From: a virus
Taxonomy: Duplodnaviria; Caudoviricetes
IMG/VR virus record: IMGVR_UViG_3300017553_000001
Location: 1-61,419 of that record
DNA: 61,419 nt
Strand: one strand, 5' to 3'
A model generated the notes under the pieces. The model had not been told where the DNA came from and made no database searches. It saw only the letters and a list, made by a program, of their open reading frames with translations. This document shows, piece by piece, positions 29,013 to 38,687 of the stretch. Each line of letters starts with the position of its first letter. The stretch's first letter is position 1. Both the position numbers and the translations under genes were made by a program.

Positions 29013-29915
29013 GTGCCAGGTTCCCCACCGACGATTGCGGCAGTCGTCAACGTCAAATCCGGTCAGCGGTATGACGTCTACATTGGCCGCGCAAATCCCA
29101 CCTACAACCTGCCCGCGTCACCGTGGGCAAACCCCTACATCGTCGGCCAGGACGGCGACATTGACACAGTGCTCGATCTCTACGAGCAGCATGTCCGATC
29201 ATCGCCGGAACTGTGCCGCATGCTCCCGTCGCTGCGGGACAAGGTCCTCGGCTGCTGGTGCGATGGCCCCTGTCACGGTGACGTGCTCGGCCGTCTACTC
29301 GCAGAGGTGGACGCGCCACGCTGGCCGCTTGCGCCGGCGAAGGGGCTGGCGGAGAAGATCGCCGATCGCTTTGTGCAGCTCGGCGTTGTTGATCGCATCG
29401 TCATCGCTGGCTCAATCCGGCGCGGACGACCGGACGTGAAGGACATCGAGCTCGTTGTCACGCCGCGGTTTCGCCCGACCCAGGTTGACCTGTTCGGCGA
29501 GCCAGCGGGCTACACCAACCTGTTTGATACCTGCATTGATGACCTGATTGCACGCGACATCCTCGGCTATCGGCTGGACATCAACGGCCGCAAGTCCGCC
29601 GGCGAGCGCTCAAAGCGTCTTGTCTGGAACTCCGGCTCAATGGCCGGCATCGGCATCGACCTGTTTTCAGTGCTGCCGCCGGCGCAGTTCGGTCTGCTGC
29701 AGATGATCCGCACTGGTCCCGCCGACTACTCCAAGCGCCTTGTGACACCGAAGCGCAAGGGCGGGCTTCTGCTGGATGGCTTTCGGGTGGTGAATGGCGC
29801 AATCTGGGAGCTGGACAAGCTCGGTATGCCGACGATCATGCACTCCACGCCAGAAGAGTCGGACGTTTGCCGACTTCTCGACATCGCGCTCCTGCCGCCG
29901 GAGGAGCGCCAATGA
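29013..29915 (+). CDS. DUF4326 fused to a minimal DNA polymerase X (palm/thumb)
   Basis: VYIGR...SPWANPY...LGCWC..PCHGDVL, then AGSIRRGRPDVKDIELVV, IDLF, IRTGPADY, EESDV...LLPPEER. Confidence 0.85.
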   Translation: MPGSPPTIAAVVNVKSGQRYDVYIGRANPTYNLPASPWANPYIVGQDGDIDTVLDLYEQHVRSSPELCRMLPSLRDKVLGCWCDGPCHGDVLGRLLAEVDAPRWPLAPAKGLAEKIADRFVQLGVVDRIVIAGSIRRGRPDVKDIELVVTPRFRPTQVDLFGEPAGYTNLFDTCIDDLIARDILGYRLDINGRKSAGERSKRLVWNSGSMAGIGIDLFSVLPPAQFGLLQMIRTGPADYSKRLVTPKRKGGLLLDGFRVVNGAIWELDKLGMPTIMHSTPEESDVCRLLDIALLPPEERQ

Positions 29916-30793
29916 TCGACCTGTCAACGACGCTGATGCAGCGCGATGATCTGGCGCTCCGACCTAGTGGTCTGTATGTGCCGCAGAAGAACAAGCGTGA
30001 CCGACCGATTGCGATCGATCTGTTTTGCGGTGCTGGCGGCTTCAGCCTCGGCTTCATCGAAGCCGGCTTCGAGGTTGTCGCAGCCGTTGAGTGGGATGCC
30101 GATGCAGCGATCACGTACCTGACGAACATGGGTGCGTATCCGATCAATCTCGTCTTCGTCGAACCGGAGGACGGCGAACGCTTCGAGCGACGGCTGCGCG
30201 ACATGTACCGCCGCAATGGCTGGCTCGATGAAGACAGCGAGATTACTGCGCCGATTCTCGCTCCCAGTCGCGATCTGGATGGCCCGTTCGTCAGCGGGAA
30301 GTACCGTCCAGACGATCGCCCCGGTGTCAGCACGTTCTTCTTCGGCGACGTCCGCAAGCTGACCAGCGAGCGGCTGCTGCAGGAGACCGGCCTGACGGTC
30401 GGCGAGGTCGACGTCGTGTTTGGCGGACCGCCCTGTCAGGGATTCAGTCACGCAGGCAAGCGCAACGTGATGGATCCGCGCAACTCGCTCGTCTTCGAGT
30501 TCACCCGCTTCGTGCTGGACATCCGGCCGAGGGCGTTCCTGATGGAGAACGTGCCGGGCATGCTCAACATGGTCACGCCCGAGGGCTGGCCACTCATCGA
30601 CGAGATCAGCCTGACGCTCGAAAAAGGTGGGTTCGGGACAGCCGAGGCGCTGAAGCGTTCGCTCCTGGAGACGGCAGGCGTCGGTGCCGCAATGCAAGGC
30701 CGCGAAAAGCTGTCGCGATCGAAGCGACGGACGAAGAAGGCTGATGAGCGCGAAGACGCGGCCGCAGCTGTACAGGCAGCGATGCCGATATGA
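29912..30793 (+). CDS. C5-cytosine DNA methyltransferase, N-terminal motifs only
   Basis: DLFCGAGG (I), GGPPCQGFS (IV), ENVPG (VI); no motifs VIII-X or TRD seen. Confidence 0.85.
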   Translation: MIDLSTTLMQRDDLALRPSGLYVPQKNKRDRPIAIDLFCGAGGFSLGFIEAGFEVVAAVEWDADAAITYLTNMGAYPINLVFVEPEDGERFERRLRDMYRRNGWLDEDSEITAPILAPSRDLDGPFVSGKYRPDDRPGVSTFFFGDVRKLTSERLLQETGLTVGEVDVVFGGPPCQGFSHAGKRNVMDPRNSLVFEFTRFVLDIRPRAFLMENVPGMLNMVTPEGWPLIDEISLTLEKGGFGTAEALKRSLLETAGVGAAMQGREKLSRSKRRTKKADEREDAAAAVQAAMPI

Positions 30794-31242
30794 AAGGCTC
30801 CACAATGACCGCTTCCGACACTACACAGGATGATGAGTACACCGCTTCAATCGTCATGCCGCGCGCGATGGCCGAACAGGCCGACTTGGCACTGCGGCTG
30901 ATTACCGTCCCTCTGGCCGCCTTTGATACCGATTTCGGCGCGGATATCCAACTCAAACCAGCGTTTCGATCTCGTGAGCTCGCACAGCGCCAGGTCTCCC
31001 GTGGGTTGGCAGCGGCGATCGGCGAGTCCGAGGACGTAGAGATTGGCACCACCGCTGGCACCCGGAGGGCAATTCGCGCCGCATGCCAGGCGGCCAAGCT
31101 ATTCCAACAAGAAGCACCGAACGTGGCGTCCCTTTACCGCCTCGATGCCGACCTGTTGAACGACGTCTGCGCGGTCATGGAAGAGGTCGAGGCAGCTATC
31201 GCGGATGTGAGTAATCAGGAGGGAGTGTCGGATGAGCACTGA
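30790..31242 (+). CDS. Hypothetical protein
   Basis: 150 aa in an overlap-coupled operon. Confidence 0.6.
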   Translation: MKGSTMTASDTTQDDEYTASIVMPRAMAEQADLALRLITVPLAAFDTDFGADIQLKPAFRSRELAQRQVSRGLAAAIGESEDVEIGTTAGTRRAIRAACQAAKLFQQEAPNVASLYRLDADLLNDVCAVMEEVEAAIADVSNQEGVSDEH

Positions 31243-31699
31243 AAAGTCGTCCGAGCCGACGTTCGCCTTTCTCGTGCGGTTGTTCCGCTGCCGCCAGGAT
31301 TGGTCGCAAACGCAGCTGGCCGAGCGCATGGGCGTGAACAACTCCTACATCTCGCGGATCGAGAAGGGCGAACGCATCCCGTCGCGGAAGATGCTCATCC
31401 GTCTGAGTGAGACGCTTGATCTCGGTAATGACGACGAGGATCTGCTGCTGGCATCGGCGGGCCATGATCCCGCCGGTGACACGCTGCTCGCGAATGAACC
31501 GGTCGTCGTGCAGTTGCTGGGCGTGCTGAGCCGCGCTCCTGAGGACATCGCCGACGATCTCCGTGAGACCGTGGCGGTGGCGACGGTCGCAACGCACAAC
31601 CTGCTGGAAGCGATTGACCCAACGCCGGAGCCGTCATACGGGCACGCTGGCATTCCGTCGCGCAGTCTACCTACCAAGTCAGTAGGTGCAGCGTCATGA
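31232..31699 (+). CDS. XRE-family HTH regulator
   Basis: WSQTQLAERMGVNNSYISRIEKGERIPS. Confidence 0.88.
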   Translation: MSTEKSSEPTFAFLVRLFRCRQDWSQTQLAERMGVNNSYISRIEKGERIPSRKMLIRLSETLDLGNDDEDLLLASAGHDPAGDTLLANEPVVVQLLGVLSRAPEDIADDLRETVAVATVATHNLLEAIDPTPEPSYGHAGIPSRSLPTKSVGAAS

Positions 31700-32007
31700 C
31701 TACAAGTGAGCGTGTGAAGATGTGCCTCTCCTGTCGCCAGCGTCTTCCGATTAGCGCGTTCGATCTGCGTGAGGGTGTCAATGCCACCGGCCGTGGGAAA
31801 GGCTCGCACTACCGCACCTGCCGCGCTTGCCGGAACACGCCGAAGAAGAATCAGCCGCGCCGGTTCGCGCCGATCGCCCTGGCGGACTTCTGGGATGACG
31901 GCAGTGTGCCTGAGGCGGAGGCGAGCAGTCGCGTGCCGGTCTCCGAGTGGAAGCGCCGGATCTATGCGCGATCGCTTACGTCTGAGGCGACTGGCGGTGT
32001 CGAGTGA
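31696..32007 (+). CDS. Hypothetical zinc-finger protein
   Basis: CLSC...F...CRAC. Confidence 0.55.
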   Translation: MTTSERVKMCLSCRQRLPISAFDLREGVNATGRGKGSHYRTCRACRNTPKKNQPRRFAPIALADFWDDGSVPEAEASSRVPVSEWKRRIYARSLTSEATGGVE

Positions 32008-32387
32008 AGACGATCAACGTCGATGAGTACCGCCACCTGAACGCCTCAGAGATGTCTGAGAAGAAGCTACAGGAATACATCATCACTGCCGCTGTGGAGG
32101 CCGGCTGGGACTACTACCACACCTGGAACTCCAAGAACTCCCGCAAGGGCTTCCCCGATCTGGTTCTCACATGGCTCGGCTCGTCACACATCGTGCCGGA
32201 GCGCCCGCTGATTTTCGCGGAGCTGAAAACCGAACACCGCAAGCTCGATCCCGACCAAATCCACTGGCAGGAGATCCTCGGGCAGGTCGCCGATCGCCCT
32301 GGCTCGGCCATGGCCTGCGTCGTCTGGCGGCCGTCCGACTACATCAACGGCAACGTTCATCGCGCGCTGGGGGTGCCGGTCGAATGA
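32004..32387 (+). CDS. VRR-NUC domain nuclease
   Basis: SEKKLQ...KGFPDLVL...FAELKT...Q..W. Confidence 0.85.
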   Translation: MKTINVDEYRHLNASEMSEKKLQEYIITAAVEAGWDYYHTWNSKNSRKGFPDLVLTWLGSSHIVPERPLIFAELKTEHRKLDPDQIHWQEILGQVADRPGSAMACVVWRPSDYINGNVHRALGVPVE

Positions 32388-32611
32388 CGCGCAAGACGAA
32401 GACGGTGAAGCAGCGTCCGGACGAACTGACGCGAGAGCGCGTGAACGAGTCGCTCTACTGGATGGGCCAGTTGCGCTCACTGGTGATCGTCTCTCAGATG
32501 CGCGGCGATCACGAGATGGCCGCGACGATCCACAAAGCACTGCGTTCGACGATGCAGTCCGTCCAGCGCGTCCGCGCCAAGCGCAACACAGAAATGAGCA
32601 CAACAGAATGA
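32384..32611 (+). CDS. Hypothetical protein
   Basis: ATGA overlaps at both ends. Confidence 0.55.
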   Translation: MTRKTKTVKQRPDELTRERVNESLYWMGQLRSLVIVSQMRGDHEMAATIHKALRSTMQSVQRVRAKRNTEMSTTE

Positions 32612-33045
32612 CATCGATCGAGATAAAGGCCGCCGACTACCAGCATGCACAACGCACTCTGGCGACGCTACTGGATGAGTGGCAGGAGAAGCAGGCGGAC
32701 CTGCGGATTGAGCATGCCGACCTGCTGGCCGCAATCGATGCCGCAAAAGAGGAAGTGGGTCTGCAGGAGGCGCGGCTGGTCGGCGCAGCGTTCGCCGTCT
32801 ACCACATGACCGGATCGAAGCAGCCAACTGAGGGTGTCGGCATCCGTGTCCGCCGCACGCCGACGATCATCGACGCCGACGCTGCCTATGCCTGGGCTAT
32901 CGAGCATCGCATTGGACTGAAGATCGACGAACCGCGCCTGATGGGCGCTGCGGCCGGGCTGGGCCTGACGCCGGGCTGGATGGAGTACGTCGAGAGGCCG
33001 CAAGTCACCATCTCGGCTCAGCTGCGGGGCAAGGTGCAGTCATGA
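32608..33045 (+). CDS. Hypothetical coiled-coil protein
   Basis: 145 aa, overlap-coupled. Confidence 0.6.
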   Translation: MTSIEIKAADYQHAQRTLATLLDEWQEKQADLRIEHADLLAAIDAAKEEVGLQEARLVGAAFAVYHMTGSKQPTEGVGIRVRRTPTIIDADAAYAWAIEHRIGLKIDEPRLMGAAAGLGLTPGWMEYVERPQVTISAQLRGKVQS

Positions 33046-33704
33046 GCGAGACGAAGACTCTGAGCCAGATCGCCCCTGAGTACGTGATTGCTGCACTGGG
33101 CATCTATCCGGAGTACGCAGCCTGGACTGACGCGATGCTGAACCCCGGAAAGGACTTCCTCATCGGTGACGGCGGATCCGGTCACATCCTGATTGGTGAC
33201 GGCAGCGCCGTCTATCGACTCGCACGCGAACACATCGAGGCGTTCCAGGAGTTCATGACTCCCGAGGGCTACGCGAACGCGCAGAAGCCGACTGCCATCC
33301 TCTGGAACACGCAGACCGAAGCGCTGTCGCCCACCTCGCGTCCAGTCATCGAATTGATGGATGCCCAACTCGTAGAGCAATGCACCGTACTGCCGATCGG
33401 GCCAGTGCAGCCGATGCACCACGGGGCGGACTTCTTGTATCTGATGTTCTGCGTGACTGAGTCCGGCCACGTCGAATGTGTCCAGTCCCGATACATGCTG
33501 CCTCTCCAGACGATCGAGGGCCTGACGTTCTGGTTTGGTGGCGAGTCGGGCAACTTCTTCCACGCCATGCAACGCGACCTCTGCATCGCAACCTTCGCTC
33601 CCGTGGGAGTGAGTTCGGACGGCGATAAGTCACTACACGACATGCAGTACGACCTTGCGCGGGCGGCCTATGCCGCCTATCGGGAAACCGAGGCGCGGTC
33701 ATGA
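33042..33704 (+). CDS. Hypothetical protein
   Basis: 220 aa, overlap-coupled. Confidence 0.6.
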   Translation: MSETKTLSQIAPEYVIAALGIYPEYAAWTDAMLNPGKDFLIGDGGSGHILIGDGSAVYRLAREHIEAFQEFMTPEGYANAQKPTAILWNTQTEALSPTSRPVIELMDAQLVEQCTVLPIGPVQPMHHGADFLYLMFCVTESGHVECVQSRYMLPLQTIEGLTFWFGGESGNFFHAMQRDLCIATFAPVGVSSDGDKSLHDMQYDLARAAYAAYRETEARS

Positions 33705-33976
33705 ACACGAGCGGCACCATCACCGATCGTCGCGCTGTGCTCGCGAAGATGATCGCGGATACCGAACTGCATATCCTGGCCATCGAGTCGGAAATCGCCG
33801 ACCTAGAGATGCAGCGCGAAGACGCCGAGTGGGAACTGGCGGGCTTCGAGAACGAGCTTGAGGAGCTAGAGGAACAGTCCCACGACCTATCGGGCGAATG
33901 GGACACAAGCGCCACGATGACACCAGCGCAGCGGATGGCGGCCGGCCAACTGCCGCTGATCGGCGGTCTCGTATGA
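33701..33976 (+). CDS. Hypothetical acidic coiled-coil protein
   Basis: 91 aa, ATGA overlap. Confidence 0.55.
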   Translation: MNTSGTITDRRAVLAKMIADTELHILAIESEIADLEMQREDAEWELAGFENELEELEEQSHDLSGEWDTSATMTPAQRMAAGQLPLIGGLV

Positions 33977-34191
33977 GTATCTACATCGAGCCGACGATCT
34001 CAATGCAGCGCGGAACTACCACTGTCGTGCAGTGCATGCAGTGCGGCTGCATCGCGACCATCCCGACCGAACGATGGCAAAAGCGCCGATCGGCGCCGGT
34101 CGGACCCTGCCCTGTCTGCGATGAGCATCGCTGGAAGAAGCAGCGAATGCCGGTTGGTGGACTGCGCGCGCGTGACGAGGTGCAGTCATGA
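33973..34191 (+). CDS. Small zinc-ribbon protein
   Basis: CMQC...CPVC; ATGA overlaps. Confidence 0.55.
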   Translation: MSIYIEPTISMQRGTTTVVQCMQCGCIATIPTERWQKRRSAPVGPCPVCDEHRWKKQRMPVGGLRARDEVQS

Positions 34192-35771
34192 GTATCTCTG
34201 TCGCTGGCGATCTCGCCACCGTCACGTTCGAGCGCTACGGGCTGGATGCCTACCAGACGTTCTTACGCGCCAAGGCGTTGCCGGAGACGCAGTTGACCTA
34301 CGACTGGCAGACCGACACCTACCAGATGACGACGCCGGCGCGATTCGCTGGCCGTCTGGGTGCGGACGTCGTGATCCCTGAGCGACAGACGCTGCCGTAT
34401 TCCAGCCACCTGTTCGATTACCAGCGCTGGGCGTTGAGCCTCTCGCTGAACGCGAAGCGGTTCGCGCTCTGGCTCGATACCGGGTTAGGGAAAACAGCCT
34501 GCTACCTCGAATGGGCACGGCAGGTGCAGGCGATGACCGAGGGCCGGGTGTTGATTCTGGCACCGCTGGCTGTCATCCCGCAGATGATCCGGGAGGCCGA
34601 GCGGTTCTACGGCGACAGCATGCCGATCACGCAGCTGCACACACGCGACGCGCTGATCGACTGGTGCGCCAACGGATCCGGCATCGCGGCCACGAACTAT
34701 CAGAAGTTCATTCCCGGCGTTATCTCGGAACTGCGGCTTGTCTCTGGCCTGATCGCCGACGAGTCGAGCATCCTGCGCACTGGCGGCGGCGTCATCAAAT
34801 GGAACGTCATCAAAAGCGCCAGGGGCATTGAATACAAGCTCTCCTGCACCGCGACGCCAGCGCCGAATGAGGCGATGGAGTACGCGAGTCAGGCGGCGTT
34901 TCTCGAAAAACTGCGGTCCGAGGGTGACATCCTCTGGACGTATTTCCAGCGCGACAAGTACGGCAATTGGAGCGTCAAACCACACGCGCGCGCCGCGTTC
35001 TACCGGTTCATGGCGTCATGGAGCCTGTACCTGCGTGACCCGGCCGTGTTCGGGTTTGCTGACATCCTCGCGTCGCTGCCGGATCCCGAGATCATCGAAG
35101 AGCGAATCCCGATGACCGAGGGCCAGCGCGCGCTGATGCAGGAGACGCTCATCTCGAAGGGCGTCGGCCTGTTCGCTGACGAGCGGGTCTCTGCCGTTGT
35201 GCGCTCGAAACTGACGCAGATCGCACGCGGATTCCGCTACCACGGCACCGGCAAGACCCGCCGGGCGGAGCGCATCGACTCACTGAAGGTCGAGCACGTT
35301 GCCGAAATCATCCGTGCCGAAGCCGAGCGCGGGCCGGTCCTCGTCTGGACCACGTTCGATGAGGAGGCGCTGATTCTGGCGAGCCTGCTGGACGATCTGC
35401 CGATCGGCAGCCTGTCCGGCAGTGACGACGACGATGACCGGCTCGCAACGCTCGACCGATTCCGCGCCGGCGAGATCGGCGTGCTGATCTCCAAACCACA
35501 GCTCATCGGTTACGGGCTGAACCTGCAATTCGTGAAGTCGATGGTCTTCTCCGGCTTCGACGACTCCTTCGAGCGCATGTACCAGGCGGTGCGGCGTGCC
35601 TACCGATTCGGCCAGACCGAGACGGTGCGCGTCTACGTGCCGTATGTCCCGGAGTTGGAGGGCATGGTGTTCGACAACGTGCGGGGCAAAGAGGCGCGGT
35701 TCATGGAGGAAGTGGCGGCGCAGGAGCAACAGTATCGCGCTGCGATGAAGGAGTACATGCCGAATGATTGA
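34188..35771 (+). CDS. SNF2-like superfamily 2 helicase
   Basis: DTGLGKT, ADESS, TATPAPN, GYGLNLQ, QAVRRAYRFGQ. Confidence 0.9.
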   Translation: MSISVAGDLATVTFERYGLDAYQTFLRAKALPETQLTYDWQTDTYQMTTPARFAGRLGADVVIPERQTLPYSSHLFDYQRWALSLSLNAKRFALWLDTGLGKTACYLEWARQVQAMTEGRVLILAPLAVIPQMIREAERFYGDSMPITQLHTRDALIDWCANGSGIAATNYQKFIPGVISELRLVSGLIADESSILRTGGGVIKWNVIKSARGIEYKLSCTATPAPNEAMEYASQAAFLEKLRSEGDILWTYFQRDKYGNWSVKPHARAAFYRFMASWSLYLRDPAVFGFADILASLPDPEIIEERIPMTEGQRALMQETLISKGVGLFADERVSAVVRSKLTQIARGFRYHGTGKTRRAERIDSLKVEHVAEIIRAEAERGPVLVWTTFDEEALILASLLDDLPIGSLSGSDDDDDRLATLDRFRAGEIGVLISKPQLIGYGLNLQFVKSMVFSGFDDSFERMYQAVRRAYRFGQTETVRVYVPYVPELEGMVFDNVRGKEARFMEEVAAQEQQYRAAMKEYMPND

Positions 35772-36702
35772 CCCGACGTTCACGATCTACAACGAGGATT
35801 GCGTTGCCGGGATGGCGGATCGATTGCAGCCGGAGTCCATCGACCTGTGCGTGTCGAGTATCCCGTTCGGCTCCCTGTTCACCTACAGCGGGAAAAACGA
35901 GGATATCGGCAACAACCTCGACGGAATCGACATGCGCGAGTCGCACTTCGGCCTACACATGAGATTTTTCATCGAGCAGTTGTACCGTGTGCTCGCGCCG
36001 GGTGCATTGGCCTGCATCCACATCCAGCAGCTGATCGCCACGAAGGTGCAGCACGGCTACATCGGCCGCAGGGACTTCCGTGGTGCTGTCGTTGACCTGT
36101 TCACGGCCGGCGGATTCGACTGGACTGGCGAGGTCGCGATACCCAAAAACCCACAGGTCATCGCCCAACGCCAGAAGCTCCACAGCCTCATGTTCGTGAC
36201 GGGGAAGCGCGACGCGAGGATGTTGGCACCGGCCGTCAATGACTACGTCATGTTGTTTCGCAAGCCAGGCGACGGCGTGCCGGTTCCGTGTCTCTACGAT
36301 GCCCAGAAGAACCCTGATGGCTGGGTAACGACCGACGAGTGGATCCGCTGGGCGCGTGGCGTCTGGGATGACATCCGCGAGACCGACGTGCTGACCGGCT
36401 GGCAGTACGGCCGTGAGGAGGGCGACGAAAAGCATGTCTGCCCGTTGCAGCTCGATCTCATTCGGCGCTGCGTGAAGCTCTACTCGAATCCCGGCGCGAC
36501 CGTGCTGGACCCGTTCATGGGTATTGGCTCGACTGCGTGGGTGGCGATCGAGCAGGGCCGCAACGCCGTCGGGTTCGAGCTCAAGGAGTCGTACCACTCC
36601 CAGGCGGTCCGTAACTGCGAGAAGGCGATCGAGAAGCGCCACGCTGGCGACACCCTGCCCCTCTTTGCCGCACTGGACGCGGTGGCGGGAGGGTCGGTCT
36701 AG
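35764..36702 (+). CDS. N4-cytosine/N6-adenine DNA methyltransferase (beta class)
   Basis: SSIPF (motif IV variant), HVCPLQ, VLDPFMGIGST. Confidence 0.9.
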   Translation: MIDPTFTIYNEDCVAGMADRLQPESIDLCVSSIPFGSLFTYSGKNEDIGNNLDGIDMRESHFGLHMRFFIEQLYRVLAPGALACIHIQQLIATKVQHGYIGRRDFRGAVVDLFTAGGFDWTGEVAIPKNPQVIAQRQKLHSLMFVTGKRDARMLAPAVNDYVMLFRKPGDGVPVPCLYDAQKNPDGWVTTDEWIRWARGVWDDIRETDVLTGWQYGREEGDEKHVCPLQLDLIRRCVKLYSNPGATVLDPFMGIGSTAWVAIEQGRNAVGFELKESYHSQAVRNCEKAIEKRHAGDTLPLFAALDAVAGGSV

Positions 36703-37211
36703 TGGCTCGCTATGCCGAAGGTACGACCGTCTCGATCGAATCCTCGCAGGCCGAGATAGCACGGCTGATCGTCCGGTTCGGGGCGCGGCGATTCGTCAGT
36801 GGGTTCGATGATGACCAGCGACTCGCAATGGTTCAGTTCGAGGCCCACAACCGGCGTGTCAAGTTCCTGCTCTACATGCCGGATCCTGCGAGCCGTGACT
36901 TCACTCACAACGCTCGTGGTCAGGTCCGCACCTCGACACAACACAACAACGCCTACCAGGCCGAATGTCGACGCTTGTGGCGCAGCCTCGTGTTGGTCAT
37001 CAAATCCAAGTTGGAGTCTGTCGAGTCCGGTATCGAAACGTTTGAGGATGCGTTTCTTGCCAACATCGTGCTACCGAACGGCCAGACGGTCGGCGACTAT
37101 CTGGAGCCGCAGATCGAGGCGACGTACAAGAGCGGGCAGATGCCCCCACTACTCCCCGGCGTCGATTCGTCCGTCATGGCCCTGCCCAGTGGGCAGGATC
37201 GCCGCTCATGA
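36702..37211 (+). CDS. Hypothetical protein
   Basis: 169 aa; YAEGT.V..SQAEI...WRSLVLVIKSKLE...FLANIVLPNG. Confidence 0.7.
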   Translation: MARYAEGTTVSIESSQAEIARLIVRFGARRFVSGFDDDQRLAMVQFEAHNRRVKFLLYMPDPASRDFTHNARGQVRTSTQHNNAYQAECRRLWRSLVLVIKSKLESVESGIETFEDAFLANIVLPNGQTVGDYLEPQIEATYKSGQMPPLLPGVDSSVMALPSGQDRRS

Positions 37212-37369
37212 GTGCCCGGCAATCGCTGGCACTCGGTGCAGCGTATGGCGTGATTATGTCGTTTCTCGGCGTGACAGTCGTCGGATTCGTCGTGTTCTGC
37301 CTGCTGGTTGCCCTGGCGTCCACCGTCTATCGCCACTGGGTTGGAGAGGATGACGAACCGTGGTTTTGA
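37208..37369 (+). CDS. Small membrane protein (53 aa, not in ORF track)
   Basis: MSARQSLALGAAYGVIMSFLGVTVVGFVVFCLLVALAS...; ATGA overlap. Confidence 0.5.
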   Translation: MSARQSLALGAAYGVIMSFLGVTVVGFVVFCLLVALASTVYRHWVGEDDEPWF

Positions 37370-37779
37370 GGCAAGGAAACAGGTTCTACCGATTCGAGGT
37401 GCTCAACGGCACATACTCCCAACGGATCTTCGACACGCTGGAGCAGGCGTGCGAATACGCGCGGGAGTGCCAGCGGCTGTCACGTGATGAGCGTTGGCCA
37501 CTGGGCGCGCACTTCATCGTGCGGCATCAGGGCGAAGTCGTGTTCGACGCCACGGAGGATCCCGCGCCGACAACCGAGGACATGCTGCTGAGCCTGCATC
37601 CCCAGCGACGGCCGGTACGCGCTGCCCTGGCACCGCGTCTCGATCGGCCGATCAACGGGCAGTTCTTCATGTTGGTTCTGCTGCGCTCGGCGCTGTGCGC
37701 TGCGGGGATCGGCACAGCTCTTGGAATGCTGATCGGCTGGATGCTGAAGCCAGCCTCCACAGAGACAGGATCGCGCTAG
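37360..37779 (+). CDS. Hypothetical protein with C-terminal TM helix
   Basis: 139 aa. Confidence 0.5.
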   Translation: MVLRQGNRFYRFEVLNGTYSQRIFDTLEQACEYARECQRLSRDERWPLGAHFIVRHQGEVVFDATEDPAPTTEDMLLSLHPQRRPVRAALAPRLDRPINGQFFMLVLLRSALCAAGIGTALGMLIGWMLKPASTETGSR

Positions 37780-38520
37780 ATGAGTGGCTTTCGATTTCGC
37801 AATGGCTGGCATGGCTGGACCCACAACGACGGTCGGGGAACGCTGTTCATGTGCCCCGAGGACTACACCGGCGATGTCCGCAACCGCATGATCGGGTGGG
37901 AGATCGCCATCCCTTCGACAGCCAAGACGCTCGGCGTGAGCTTCACGGTTGACGATGAAGCGACCTTCGGGCTGCACCTCGGCTACGCAGCGTTTTTCCT
38001 CAGCATCGGCCGCTGGCGACGAGCTTATCGACGCGAGGTCGATGCGTACCTGTCATGGTCGTACGGGTTCTCCGCCACGCTGAACCTCTGGACAGACTCG
38101 TTCGATTCGTCGAATCCACGGCAGTGGCGATGGTCGCCGTGGCGACTGAAGAATCGACTCTTCGGCAAGCAGAAGCGGACTTCTGAACACCTGTCTGTTC
38201 ATACCGTTGACATCATGATTCCGGGCGATCCGACTCCGTACCCCTGCCGTGTGACGCTCCAGCGCTGGACCTACTCTCGCCCACGGTTGCCGCGCAAAAC
38301 GGTCATTCATCATGCCGATGTTGAGGCGTTGTCGAAGGGCGGCATCCCATACGAGGGCAAGGGCGAAAGCGCCTGGGACGTTGGCAATGACGCGACATGG
38401 TCTCTGGGCTGTCGGGCGCAGACGGTCGGAGAAGCCGTCGGCGCGATGGTCGCGACCATCGTCGATCGCCGACTGGAATACGGCTGGGAGTTGCCTGTCG
38501 CTGAGCGGGTGCGCTCATGA
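37780..38520 (+). CDS. Hypothetical protein (Trp-rich)
   Basis: 246 aa, abuts both neighbours. Confidence 0.6.
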   Translation: MSGFRFRNGWHGWTHNDGRGTLFMCPEDYTGDVRNRMIGWEIAIPSTAKTLGVSFTVDDEATFGLHLGYAAFFLSIGRWRRAYRREVDAYLSWSYGFSATLNLWTDSFDSSNPRQWRWSPWRLKNRLFGKQKRTSEHLSVHTVDIMIPGDPTPYPCRVTLQRWTYSRPRLPRKTVIHHADVEALSKGGIPYEGKGESAWDVGNDATWSLGCRAQTVGEAVGAMVATIVDRRLEYGWELPVAERVRS

Positions 38521-38687
38521 AGGTGCCCATGAAGGTGCCAACCCTGCATGTTGGCGTCTTCGTCGGTTCGTTCGCGACGATGGACCTGCTCCCCAGCATG
38601 TGGGCGCTGTTTCCATTGGCGATCGCCGGCGTATCGCTGTCAGTGTTGCTATTTGCGAAGTGGAAGGGCATTGAACTCGATGACTGA
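38517..38687 (+). CDS. Small membrane protein (56 aa, not in ORF track)
   Basis: Two hydrophobic stretches; fills the gap before rtcB with overlaps. Confidence 0.45.
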   Translation: MKVPMKVPTLHVGVFVGSFATMDLLPSMWALFPLAIAGVSLSVLLFAKWKGIELDD

